Of a DNA stretch of 41,956 nt, positions 23,612-31,793 are shown piece by piece. The position numbers and the translations under genes are program-made. The stretch is from a virus: the IMG/VR virus record IMGVR_UViG_3300045988_031856; one strand, written 5' to 3'. How positions within the stretch are numbered: the first letter of the stretch is position 1; the number at the start of each line of letters is the position of its first letter. Below the pieces are notes generated by a model. That model saw only the letters and a program-made list of their open reading frames with translations. It was not told where the DNA came from and ran no database searches.

Positions 23612-23911
23612 ATGAAAGAAACAAACATCGGAAAGTACGTTATCGTCCGCGGAGACCGCTCCGGCGTGTTCGCGGGAAACCTCGCCGCCAGAGATGGGCG
23701 GGAAGTCCAGCTCACCGAATGCCGACGCATCTGGTATTGGAATGGGGCAGCAAGCATTTCCCAGCTTGCCATTGACGGCACGCGCAAGCCACAAGAATGC
23801 AAGTTCCCGGCGCCGGTGGAGGAAATCACAATCCTTGACGCTATTGAGATCATCCCCTGCACGGAGAAGGCCGAAGCGAGCATCAAGGCGGTGTACGAAT
23901 GGAAGTGCTGA
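23612..23911 (+). CDS. Hypothetical protein, 99 aa
   Basis: GAAGGAAAA RBS; contains the motif RRIWYWNGAASISQLA. Confidence 0.6.
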   Translation: MKETNIGKYVIVRGDRSGVFAGNLAARDGREVQLTECRRIWYWNGAASISQLAIDGTRKPQECKFPAPVEEITILDAIEIIPCTEKAEASIKAVYEWKC

Positions 23912-24645
23912 CGCGGGAGGCGTTCCTCCATACGGATTATTTCGAAGGCAACGGTTGTGGGTCAGGTTCTGGTTCAGGTTCTCCTTTTGGATCGGGGTTT
24001 GGATCATGTTCTGAATATGGCGCTGTTTCTGGTTTGGGGCGTGGATATGGCTCGGGCGCCGGCTCCATCTCCGGCCACGGATGCGGCTGTGGTTACGTCT
24101 CCAGCTCTGGCTGTGACGACGGCTCCGGTTGCGGTCATGATTCTGGCGATGGAATAAAATCTTTTAACGGTCAGTCGGTCGATATGATCGACGGCGTACC
24201 GACGATTCTCACGCGCATCATCGGCAACGTTGCCAAGGGCTTTATCGTTGGCCCCGATTTTTTGCTTGCCCCGACCTTTGTGTGTAAGCAGGGCAACACA
24301 TTTGCCCACGGCGAGACGTTGCACAAGGCGCGGGAAGCGCTGCTCGAAAAGCTGTTTGACGATATGCCGACGGATGAGCGCATCGCAGCGTTCTGCAAAG
24401 AGTTCAAGCCCGGCGTAAAGCGCCCGGCCATGGAATTTTTCTCGTGGCACCACCGGCTGACCGGAAGCTGCGAGCAGGGGCGGAGAGAGTTCGCCAAGCA
24501 GCATGACATTGACATCGACCGCGATGAGCTGACGCCCGAAGAGTTCTTCGCTCTGACGCGCGATTCCTACGGCAGCGGAATCATCCGACAGACGGAAGAG
24601 GCATTTGCCGCCAGAAACGGTGAGATCGTAGAGGCGGAAGAATGA
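23899..24645 (+). CDS. Protein with a G/S/C-rich repetitive N-terminus and a globular C-terminal domain
   Basis: The N-terminus is NGCGSGSGSGSPFGSGFGSCSEYGAVSGLGRGYGSGAGSISGHGCGCGYVSSSGCDDGSGCGHDSGDG. The rest is a ~160-aa non-repetitive domain. Confidence 0.65.
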   Translation: MEVLTREAFLHTDYFEGNGCGSGSGSGSPFGSGFGSCSEYGAVSGLGRGYGSGAGSISGHGCGCGYVSSSGCDDGSGCGHDSGDGIKSFNGQSVDMIDGVPTILTRIIGNVAKGFIVGPDFLLAPTFVCKQGNTFAHGETLHKAREALLEKLFDDMPTDERIAAFCKEFKPGVKRPAMEFFSWHHRLTGSCEQGRREFAKQHDIDIDRDELTPEEFFALTRDSYGSGIIRQTEEAFAARNGEIVEAEE

Positions 24646-25076
24646 TCTACGTCGGTATAGACCCCGGCAAGAACGGCGGACTTGCAATTCTGCAATGGGA
24701 GGAAGTCCAGACGTTCCGGTATGACAGAGACACCTACCGCTGCGTCCTCTCCGACCTGCGCGGAGAAAAGGCGGTGTGCTGCTTGGAGCACGTCAGCGCC
24801 ATGCCTGGGCAGGGAGTGACCTCTATGTTCCACTTAGGCGAGGGCTTCGGCTGGATACAGTGGACGTTGGAAGCGTTCGGCGTTCCCTATGAGCTCGTCC
24901 GCCCGCAGAAGTGGAAGAAGGAATTTTCCGTCACGGCGGACAAGAACACGTCCATAGAGGTCTGCAAGCGGCTCTTCTCCGGTGTGAATTTGATCCCGCC
25001 GGGCTGCCGCAAGGAGCATGACGGAATGGCGGAATCTTTACTTATGGCACTCTACGCCAAGCGGAGGCTCGGATGA
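24642..25076 (+). CDS. RuvC-like Holliday junction resolvase
   Basis: MIYVGIDPGKNGG…EHVSAMPGQGVTSMFHLGEGFG…RPQKWKK…KEHDGMAESLLMALYA follows the phage RuvC-family pattern. Confidence 0.8.
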   Translation: MIYVGIDPGKNGGLAILQWEEVQTFRYDRDTYRCVLSDLRGEKAVCCLEHVSAMPGQGVTSMFHLGEGFGWIQWTLEAFGVPYELVRPQKWKKEFSVTADKNTSIEVCKRLFSGVNLIPPGCRKEHDGMAESLLMALYAKRRLG

Positions 25077-25711
25077 AACGAATTGACCTGACCGGGCAGC
25101 GCTTCGGACGCCTGACGGTCATACGATACGACCACTCCGAGCACGACGGGGCGCACTGGCTCTGCAAATGCGATTGCGGAAAAGAAAAGGTTGCCGCCGG
25201 GTATTCCCTGCGGAGCGGAAATACAAAATCCTGCGGCTGTCTGAACTCCGACGCTTCGCGGGCAAAGCTCGAAAAAGCAAGGGAAGCTCTGAAAGCAAGA
25301 CCGAGAAAAGACCTGACAGGTCAGCGGTTCGGGCGGCTCGTCGTTCTCGGCCTTGCCGACGTGCCAGACAGGAAGGGCTTTATTTTCTGGCGCGTCCGCT
25401 GCGACTGCGGAACGGAAAAAATCATCATGCAGAACAACATCATTTACGGGCAAACGCGATCCTGCGGCTGTCTCGCAAACGAAGTGAGAGCGGCCAGAGC
25501 TGAACACATGAGGCAGAGCAGAAAGTCGAAAAAAGAACCTGTGAAAGTCAAGAAACCAAAAACCGAGAAAACCCCCGCCCGTAAAGCTTACCATACAAGG
25601 ACTGCCGCAGAGTTTTTCCGCTTCTCCAAAGCGCACGGATGCAGCGTGTGCGCGGATAGGAAGGACTGCGACTTGTCGTTCTGCAAATATGAAAAGGAGA
25701 TGACATCGTGA
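25073..25711 (+). CDS. DNA-binding-type protein with two tandem Zn-Cys modules
   Basis: The module is duplicated: DLTGQRFGRLTVI…W.CKCDCG…SG.TKSCGC and DLTGQRFGRLVVL…WRVRCDCG…GQTRSCGC. Confidence 0.7.
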   Translation: MKRIDLTGQRFGRLTVIRYDHSEHDGAHWLCKCDCGKEKVAAGYSLRSGNTKSCGCLNSDASRAKLEKAREALKARPRKDLTGQRFGRLVVLGLADVPDRKGFIFWRVRCDCGTEKIIMQNNIIYGQTRSCGCLANEVRAARAEHMRQSRKSKKEPVKVKKPKTEKTPARKAYHTRTAAEFFRFSKAHGCSVCADRKDCDLSFCKYEKEMTS

Positions 25712-25863
25712 ACGAAAAACAGGAAAAGAAACGCCGGTACAATCTGCGCCTTGAGTACATCGCGCATTTCAACAAGTGGCTGGACAGCGAGCCGCCCCGG
25801 TGGCGCTTTATCCGCTGGCGCAAATGGAAGAAAAGCCGGCCAGTATGGGAGGACGCGGCATGA
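25708..25863 (+). CDS. Small basic protein, 51 aa
   Basis: GTG start 7 nt after AAGGAGA, overlapping the previous stop (GTGA). Confidence 0.4.
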   Translation: MNEKQEKKRRYNLRLEYIAHFNKWLDSEPPRWRFIRWRKWKKSRPVWEDAA

Positions 25864-26186
25864 CCTGCGAAGCAGCAAAACGAATCCTTCACCCGGGCAC
25901 TACGCGGGAAGCCCTTGCCGAGATCGGGTTCAAAGGCAAGGAGAAACTGCAGGATGCGGTAGACGAGGCTTGCCTTATGGCGTGTGAGGCGCTGGACAAG
26001 CAGATTCCGAAAAAGCCGACCAGCGGCGTTGACAGGACATGGGGAACGCCTACGAAAGAAGCCATTTGTCCCGCATGTGATTACGCCCTTAGGCATTGGG
26101 AATTTATCGGCGGCGGTAAGAAAATCACATACTGCGAGCACTGCGGACAGGCTATCACTTGGGAGGGCTGGGAATGGACAGATTGA
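25860..26186 (+). CDS. Zinc-ribbon protein, 108 aa
   Basis: ATGA overlap; contains ICPACDY…YCEHCGQ. Confidence 0.55.
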   Translation: MTCEAAKRILHPGTTREALAEIGFKGKEKLQDAVDEACLMACEALDKQIPKKPTSGVDRTWGTPTKEAICPACDYALRHWEFIGGGKKITYCEHCGQAITWEGWEWTD

Positions 26187-26386
26187 AACCTTGCCCGTTC
26201 TGCGGCGGCAGACCGGAATTTATTAAATCATTCTACGGTTGGATGTCTCTCGACGAAAACGGGAAAGAAATCTTTGGCGATAATGGAATGATTCGATGCA
26301 CGCAGTGCGGCATTAGAACGCGAGAAACAAAAGAATGTGACGTTATCGAAGCATGGAACAGGAGGGCTGACAATGGAGGAGCTTAA
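26174..26386 (+). CDS. Lar-family (restriction alleviation)-like zinc-ribbon protein
   Basis: MDRLKPCPFCGG…RCTQCG…AWNRR follows the Lar/anti_R_Lar pattern LKPCPFCG…C..CG…AWN.R. Confidence 0.65.
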   Translation: MDRLKPCPFCGGRPEFIKSFYGWMSLDENGKEIFGDNGMIRCTQCGIRTRETKECDVIEAWNRRADNGGA

Positions 26387-26570
26387 ACCTTGCCCGTTCT
26401 GCGGGAAACCCGTGTCAATTGTCTACAACTCGCTTGACAGGGTGTTCAAAGTTTATCACACATACGGCGATGACGAATACAACTGCTGCATCATCGACCC
26501 GATACTGATTGATGCAGTGTCACTCAAAGATGCGTCTGATGCATGGAATAGGAGGGTTGACAATGGCTGA
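26373..26570 (+). CDS. Lar-family-like protein, degenerate second paralog
   Basis: MEELKPCPFCGKP…ASDAWNRRVDNG. The second Cys pair is missing. The start is embedded in the repeated junction. Confidence 0.6.
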   Translation: MEELKPCPFCGKPVSIVYNSLDRVFKVYHTYGDDEYNCCIIDPILIDAVSLKDASDAWNRRVDNG

Positions 26571-26793
26571 ATACACGAAAGTTAAAACAGCACGGACGGT
26601 CATCTGCGAATTATGCAACGAGCTCTACCCAGACGATCCTTGTGAACCGGCAGACTGTGACTGGCTGCGGATGCTCGAAGAGGACGCGCTTTCCTGCGAC
26701 AACTGCAAATGGCTCGGCAAGCGTTACCAGAAGTGCTCCTGCTGCCTGAGAAATCACGGTATTAAAGACAACTATGAGGGGAAAACGCCATGA
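26563..26793 (+). CDS. Small Cys-rich protein, 76 aa
   Basis: The start lies in the repeated GACAATGG junction. There are nine Cys (ICELCN…CEPADC…CDNCKW…CSCC). Confidence 0.55.
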   Translation: MAEYTKVKTARTVICELCNELYPDDPCEPADCDWLRMLEEDALSCDNCKWLGKRYQKCSCCLRNHGIKDNYEGKTP

Positions 26794-26957
26794 CACACAA
26801 AGACTTTTCAACGATTCAGCGCATGTTAGGTTTCATCGAGGGAGCTATATTTGACCACGACAAAAGCGTAAACTGCGGCATTCTCGACGCTATTGAAGTT
26901 ATCGATGCAATTCTTGAAAAAGAAGTGCGAACGGACGGAGGCGATGACAATGGCTAA
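26790..26957 (+). CDS. Small hypothetical protein, 55 aa
   Basis: ATGA overlap; ends …DDNG, as the Lar-like genes do. Confidence 0.4.
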   Translation: MTHKDFSTIQRMLGFIEGAIFDHDKSVNCGILDAIEVIDAILEKEVRTDGGDDNG

Positions 26958-27276
26958 ATACATGAGCAAAAAAGATGTTGTTTTCTATATTCGCAAAGAA
27001 GTTGAAGAAGCACAGAGCGCTTTTGAAGAGCTGGGCGGTGAAAGCGGAATAATTGCCGAAGCCTTTGAAGATTTGGCAAACGAGCTTGAAGATTTCCCCG
27101 CCACCGACGTTGCGCCTGTACGGCATGGAAAGTGGGTGCATTCTCGCTATGAAAACTGCTCAGAGCAGTTTGAAATGGTAAAGTGCTCGTGCTGCGGGCG
27201 TGAAGCTTATGCTATGGCGTTTTATGTGCGCGACGGGAATTACTGCCCAAACTGCGGAGCAAAGATGGACGGATGA
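26950..27276 (+). CDS. Zinc-ribbon protein (HGKWV…CPNCGAKM family)
   Basis: The start lies in a GACAATGG junction. The C-terminus is RHGKWVHS…CSCCG…YCPNCGAKMDG. Confidence 0.6.
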   Translation: MAKYMSKKDVVFYIRKEVEEAQSAFEELGGESGIIAEAFEDLANELEDFPATDVAPVRHGKWVHSRYENCSEQFEMVKCSCCGREAYAMAFYVRDGNYCPNCGAKMDG

Positions 27277-27295
27277 AGAGTGGAGGGTGAAGAAA

Positions 27296-27592
27296 ATGAT
27301 TGATATCCACCAGACAATCAAGGCAGGGGCAGAAAGTATTTGCCCAAGCTGCGATCATTACCCCGTTTGTCGAGCGGTTGATAATCAACCTTGTGCAGAG
27401 TGCAACCAATATGCGCCAGTTGCACAGCACGGGAAATGGGTGTCGCTTGTCGTAAAACGGGAAGATTGGAAGGGCGTTTTGCATGATTTCTATCAGCCAT
27501 ATAGTTGCTCAATTTGTCTTGCGCCAAACACATTTATGGGAGAAAGCGCGTTCTGTCCCCATTGCGGTGCAAAAATGATAAAGGAGAAATAA
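27296..27592 (+). CDS. Zinc-ribbon protein, paralog of 26950..27276
   Basis: GGAGGGTGAAGAAA precedes the ATG. Contains QHGKWVSL…CSICL…FCPHCGAKM. Confidence 0.6.
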   Translation: MIDIHQTIKAGAESICPSCDHYPVCRAVDNQPCAECNQYAPVAQHGKWVSLVVKREDWKGVLHDFYQPYSCSICLAPNTFMGESAFCPHCGAKMIKEK

Positions 27593-27594
27593 AA

Positions 27595-27801
27595 ATGTTT
27601 GGTCTTATCTCAAAAAAGAAGCTACAGGAAATTCTAGAATTTCTTTACAAAAACAACGACACCGAAAAAACAATCGGAGAAACCGTCGAGGAGCGCGTAA
27701 GGGATTTTTATTTCCGCTGTGGCGTTGCCAATGCAGTTAATTATGTCGGCAACAAACTCAATATAGATCGCAGTTGGCTGGGGAGGGGAAGTGCGGAATG
27801 A
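27595..27801 (+). CDS. Hypothetical protein, 68 aa
   Basis: ATG 3 nt after the previous stop; AAGGAGAAA RBS. Confidence 0.5.
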   Translation: MFGLISKKKLQEILEFLYKNNDTEKTIGETVEERVRDFYFRCGVANAVNYVGNKLNIDRSWLGRGSAE

Positions 27802-27899
27802 ACGACTGCGAATCCTGCATCCACTACCCGCCGAGCGCTGCGGACGGAAAGCCCTGCTGCTTCTGCGAAACGACAGACCCGCTGCTGAATTGCTCTTAG
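27798..27899 (+). CDS. Tiny Cys-rich ORF, 33 aa
   Basis: ATGA overlap. Translation: MNDCESCIHYPPSAADGKPCCFCETTDPLLNCS. Confidence 0.3.
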   Translation: MNDCESCIHYPPSAADGKPCCFCETTDPLLNCS

Positions 27900-27906
27900 A
27901 GAAAGG

Positions 27907-28224
27907 ATGATGACATCGATGTATGAAGAAAAAATCGTATGGCACGAGATCACCGTGCGCCCGTTGACAGAGGAAGAAAAAGCCGAGTACGCCGAGAGCG
28001 GGTACGCTGACTACGAAATCCCGGAATATATATTTTCCTGCGAAATGCCGAAGGACGGGCAGGACATCCTTATTGCTACAAGCTGGGGCGTTTCGCAAGA
28101 CTTGTGCATGATCGATTGCGATGAGTGCAACAATCTGTTCGAGCTTGAAACACGCGGTGATTGGGACGGCGTGAAAGCATGGGCGGACATGCCGAAGTAT
28201 AAAGGCGGTGACAGCGATGCATAA
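27907..28224 (+). CDS. Hypothetical protein, 105 aa (DUF551-like tail motif)
   Basis: GAAAGGA RBS. The C-terminus GDWDGVKAWADMPKY is reminiscent of DUF551 proteins. Confidence 0.5.
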   Translation: MMTSMYEEKIVWHEITVRPLTEEEKAEYAESGYADYEIPEYIFSCEMPKDGQDILIATSWGVSQDLCMIDCDECNNLFELETRGDWDGVKAWADMPKYKGGDSDA

Positions 28225-28281
28225 ACCATGCTACGGCAAATGCCCCCGCTGCGTGTGGCGGTTGAATGGGGGGTGTAGTGA

Positions 28282-28545
28282 ATGGCAAGGCTGATCGATG
28301 GTGATCGCTTGTTCGATATCATAGAAGGCAATGTGCCTGCTCCATACGAAGATTCAAGAGAGGCAAAAGAAGAGTGCCTAAGCATAATTTCAGAGGCGCT
28401 TACGGTTGACGCCGTCCCCATCCCAAAGCTTATCGAGCTCCGGGACCGGCTCAACGAGGACTGCCTCATCACAATGCGCGGACTACATGATCTCAATATG
28501 CTGATCGCCAAATACGAAGGAGGGAAAGACCATGCGCTTGATTAA
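28282..28545 (+). CDS. Hypothetical protein, 87 aa
   Basis: The ORF starts MARLIDGDRL…. Confidence 0.5.
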   Translation: MARLIDGDRLFDIIEGNVPAPYEDSREAKEECLSIISEALTVDAVPIPKLIELRDRLNEDCLITMRGLHDLNMLIAKYEGGKDHALD

Positions 28546-28813
28546 CGCAGAAAGCCCGCAGAACAGAATATACGTTTCCGATCTCGTAATCGAGGAAATG
28601 AAAAAGATTCCGACGGTCGATATTGACCGCCCCACCCGCAGCCAGTTTAAGCGCATGGCGGTGCAGCTTGGGTATGAGCTGGTCGTGCATTGCAAGGACT
28701 GTAAACACCGAGACCCAGAAGACAAGCGGTGCGATTGTGGCTGTTGGCATACCCCGTTTACGACAGACGATAATGATTTTTGCCGCTACGGAGAAAGGAG
28801 AACCGATGAGTAA
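28532..28813 (+). CDS. Cys-rich hypothetical protein, 93 aa
   Basis: MRLINAE…VVHCKDCKHRDPEDKRCDCGCWH…DFCRYGERR, a pattern common in Firmicute phages. Confidence 0.55.
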   Translation: MRLINAESPQNRIYVSDLVIEEMKKIPTVDIDRPTRSQFKRMAVQLGYELVVHCKDCKHRDPEDKRCDCGCWHTPFTTDDNDFCRYGERRTDE

Positions 28814-29375
28814 AGCAGTAATGATAAGCATCCGACCCCGCTGGTGTGAGTTAATCGCAAATGGCGAAAAGACCATGGAGGTTCGGAAGACGCGACCGAA
28901 GCTGGAAACTCCGTTCAAGTGCTATATCTACTGCACGAAGCCGCGATTTGAACACGAGGATTTCTTCGCGCTGGTGGGAAAGCAAGGCTTTTATGGCGGC
29001 GGGAAAGTTATTGGCGAGTTTGTGTGCGACCAAATTGCTCAACTTGTACCGAGCTTCAGAGAACCGGCGGAATACCGAATCGTGGACGATAGGGGCTGGG
29101 CATATCCAATCGAACTGATGCTCGAAGAGGCGTGTGTAACGGCAGAGTTGCTTTTCGTTTATTTGGGCGGAGAGAATGGGGCCGTTTGGAACATCTCTAA
29201 TCTGAAAATCTACGACAAACCGAGAGAGATATCTGAGTTCAAAAAGCACAACTGTGATTGCTACTTCGACAATTTCGGCATGGCAGCTCCGAAGTGTTCA
29301 GAATGTACGAAGTGCAATCTAATGAGACCGCCGCAGAGCTGGAACTATGTGGAGGAGATACGCGATGAGCAGTAA
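28806..29375 (+). CDS. ASCH-domain protein with a C-terminal Cys cluster
   Basis: ATG at 28806 follows GGAGAA. The ASCH-like N-terminus is KAVMISIRPRWCELIANGEKTMEVRKTRP. The C-terminus is CDCY…CSECTKC. Confidence 0.65.
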   Translation: MSKAVMISIRPRWCELIANGEKTMEVRKTRPKLETPFKCYIYCTKPRFEHEDFFALVGKQGFYGGGKVIGEFVCDQIAQLVPSFREPAEYRIVDDRGWAYPIELMLEEACVTAELLFVYLGGENGAVWNISNLKIYDKPREISEFKKHNCDCYFDNFGMAAPKCSECTKCNLMRPPQSWNYVEEIRDEQ

Positions 29376-29595
29376 ATCCAAGCGCAAGCCGAAAGACGTA
29401 TCCATGCACAAGGCCGTGTCCATCGCCATGACGATCTTCGTCTGGGCGTGGATGTCCTGCTTCAATCCTACGCAGGAGGACGTGAACCGCATGTCGGGCG
29501 AGGTGCGCAACATCCGGGAGAGCGTCGGAAGCGGCAATCTCAACGTTTGGATGGTCAGAGACGCCATAAAGGACGAGTTTGGTTGGGAAATATAA
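29365..29595 (+). CDS. Hypothetical protein, 76 aa
   Basis: The internal ATG follows GAGGAG; reading starts MSSKSKRKPKDVSMHKAV…. Confidence 0.5.
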   Translation: MSSKSKRKPKDVSMHKAVSIAMTIFVWAWMSCFNPTQEDVNRMSGEVRNIRESVGSGNLNVWMVRDAIKDEFGWEI

Positions 29596-29658
29596 ACAGA
29601 CCCGCCGCAAATAAAAACGCGGCACAGCGTGTTTAACATTAAATGACGAGGTGAGAAA

Positions 29659-30105
29659 GTGAACGAACTCTGGAAAATGAAATGCAAGGCCGACCTCTTC
29701 AACCTACGGAAAAACGAGGCGGCGATCCTGTCCATACCGGAAGAGATCGATATGGAGCGCGACCGCATGACATCCATCAAGAGCGCATCCACGGGGACGG
29801 CCCCGGTGCAGGGCGGCGGCACATCGTACGAGGAACGCATGAACAACAGCATTTGCCTGATTGATTTGCTTTCCGACAATCTCCGCATTGCAGAATCGGA
29901 GGTGCGGCTGACGAAGAAAGCCATTGCCACGCTGACAGACGAGGAACAGCGAATCCTTGAAGTGTTGTACATCGACAGACAGAAGAGAGGCGCGGAACGG
30001 CTGTGCCAAGAGCTTGCCATAGCCGAGGAAGCGACGGTATGGAAGCGAGCAATGCGGGCGCTGGAAAACTACTGCGCCGCCCGGTACAGCTCTGCGGCAA
30101 TCTGA
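29659..30105 (+). CDS. Late-gene transcriptional regulator (RinA/DUF1492-like, sigma region-4 HTH)
   Basis: GTG start after GAGGTGAGAAA. The pattern is …IKSASTGTAPVQGGG…LTDEEQRILEVLYID…RAMRALE. It sits directly upstream of the packaging module. Confidence 0.65.
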   Translation: MNELWKMKCKADLFNLRKNEAAILSIPEEIDMERDRMTSIKSASTGTAPVQGGGTSYEERMNNSICLIDLLSDNLRIAESEVRLTKKAIATLTDEEQRILEVLYIDRQKRGAERLCQELAIAEEATVWKRAMRALENYCAARYSSAAI

Positions 30106-30140
30106 TGGAAGTTCCGAGACAGTAACTTTTCAAAAATCCG

Positions 30141-30149
30141 TGGTATAAT
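30141..30149 (+). promoter_or_regulatory. Extended -10 element (TGgTATAAT), candidate late promoter
   Basis: tggtataat at 30141-30149. No good -35 is present. Confidence 0.45.
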
Positions 30150-30159
30150 AGTAACATCC

Positions 30160-30216
30160 AAAGCCACGCAGAGACGCCGGACGATCACTGAGCGCCAAAG
30201 CGTGGCTTTTTATTTT
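30160..30216 (+). terminator. Leader hairpin with a T-tract (terminator/attenuator-like)
   Basis: aaagccacgc (30160-30169) pairs with gcgtggcttt (30200-30209) across a 30-nt loop, followed by ttatttt. Confidence 0.45.
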
Positions 30217-30267
30217 GGGCGAAGCCGAGAGGCGGGAAAGCCGTACGCAGCGGAGGGGGCGGCGGAG

Positions 30268-31287
30268 ATGGAAGTAATCACACTGCGGCTGGACGAGATA
30301 AAGCCGTATGCCAACAACACGAAAGAGCATCCGCAAGAGCAGATCGACGAGATCAAGGAATCCATCGCTCGGTATGGGATGAACGACCCTATCGCCGTAT
30401 GGGGAAAAGCTAACACAATTGTAGAGGGGCACGGGAGATTTGAAGCCCTGCGGCAGATGGGGATAAAGGAAGCTCCGTGCATACGGCTCGACCATCTGAC
30501 GGACAAGCAGCGCCGGGAGTACACCATCGCGCACAACAAGACAACGATGGACAGCGGATTTGATAAGGATATGTTGTTTTTGGAGCTTCCCGACCTCGAT
30601 CTCGGCTTTCTTGGTTATGTAGACGAGCCGGAAGAAGAGGACGACGGATATTACGGCGACGAGCGCGAAAAGACATACAGCAAAATGAACCTCCGCGATT
30701 ATGACGCGGAACGCGCCGCCGGTAAATGGGATATGCCGATATTGAAAGCAACAGACCATATACCAGAAGATTTGATCTCATTCAACTATATGCTCACAAG
30801 CAAGGAATACGGCAAGGGCATACATTTCTATATCGACGATTACCAATTTGAAAGAGTGTGGACAACGCCGGACAAGTACATTGATAAGCTCGGTATGTTC
30901 GATTGCGTTCTTACACCGGACTTTTCGCTTTATCTGGATATGCCGCTTGCGATGCAGATATGGAACGTGTACCGCTCCCGGTTGATCGGGCAGATCATGC
31001 AGGACGCTGGCATAGCAGTTATTCCAACGTTGCAATGGGCAGATGAACGGAGCTTCGATTTCTGCTTTGACGGCATAGAGCCGGACGGTGTAATTTCCGT
31101 TAGCACGATAGGCGTCAAGCGTGATAAAAACGCCGGTAGTATATGGTTTGCTGGTATGGACGAAGCAATAAAGAGGTTAAGACCGTCGCACGTCGTGTGT
31201 TACGGCGGCGATATTGGATATAAATTCCCGTGTAGTGTGAGTTACATTGCGAACCATAACACGGAGAGATTCGGAGGGAAAAGCTGA
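30268..31287 (+). CDS. ParB-like nuclease N-terminal domain fused to a DUF4417 domain
   Basis: ATG at 30268 follows GGAGGGGG. The ParB-N-like N-terminus is LDEIKPYANNTKEHPQEQIDEIKESIARYGMNDPIAV…VEGHGRFEAL. The C-terminus DYQFERVWTTPDKY…LTPDFSLY…IPTLQW resembles DUF4417. Confidence 0.75.
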   Translation: MEVITLRLDEIKPYANNTKEHPQEQIDEIKESIARYGMNDPIAVWGKANTIVEGHGRFEALRQMGIKEAPCIRLDHLTDKQRREYTIAHNKTTMDSGFDKDMLFLELPDLDLGFLGYVDEPEEEDDGYYGDEREKTYSKMNLRDYDAERAAGKWDMPILKATDHIPEDLISFNYMLTSKEYGKGIHFYIDDYQFERVWTTPDKYIDKLGMFDCVLTPDFSLYLDMPLAMQIWNVYRSRLIGQIMQDAGIAVIPTLQWADERSFDFCFDGIEPDGVISVSTIGVKRDKNAGSIWFAGMDEAIKRLRPSHVVCYGGDIGYKFPCSVSYIANHNTERFGGKS

Positions 31288-31793
31288 TGGGCGGACGTGG
31301 AGCAAGCAGCGGCGTATCAAAAGGTGCGCCAAGCCTTGATAACAACCTTATACGCAGGGCGAACGCCGCAAGTTTCGCAGTAGACGCCGGAGACGCAACA
31401 AAGCGAGAATACACGCGGAATGTTGAGACAATAAAAGGGCTTGGGTTTGACGATACCGAAACAAAAGCAGCGTATAAAGAGCTTCACCGTCTTACAACCG
31501 AACAGCTTAGGGCAGAATCGCAGAGTGTTAGCCCTTATACTTCTGGTGTAGCGCGATTCAATCGCACACAAGTGCAGAAAAACGCGCAGAAAGCCGTTGA
31601 CAAACGTGCGGCTGTCAATTCTTACATGAACGGCTTGAAAGACAAGGCAAAAAAAGCACAGAAGCAGAAAGAAACAAATACGCTTTCCTCGGCGCTCAAA
31701 AGCGCGATGAGCAGCGGAAAGCTCGAAGTAACAGTGAACGGCAAGACGTATTACCGCACGCGTAAAAACTCCGCAACATGGAGAGTTAGATAA
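31287..31793 (+). CDS. Hypothetical protein with an MGGRGASSG N-terminus
   Basis: 168 aa; ATG overlaps the previous stop. Confidence 0.6.
   Translation: MGGRGASSGVSKGAPSLDNNLIRRANAASFAVDAGDATKREYTRNVETIKGLGFDDTETKAAYKELHRLTTEQLRAESQSVSPYTSGVARFNRTQVQKNAQKAVDKRAAVNSYMNGLKDKAKKAQKQKETNTLSSALKSAMSSGKLEVTVNGKTYYRTRKNSATWRVR

Noticed and set aside
28217-28294. 25-aa Cys-rich micro-ORF (MHKPCYGKCPRCVWRLNGGCSEWQG)
   Set aside because: It is too short to support from sequence alone, although it fits the local theme of Cys-rich mini-genes.
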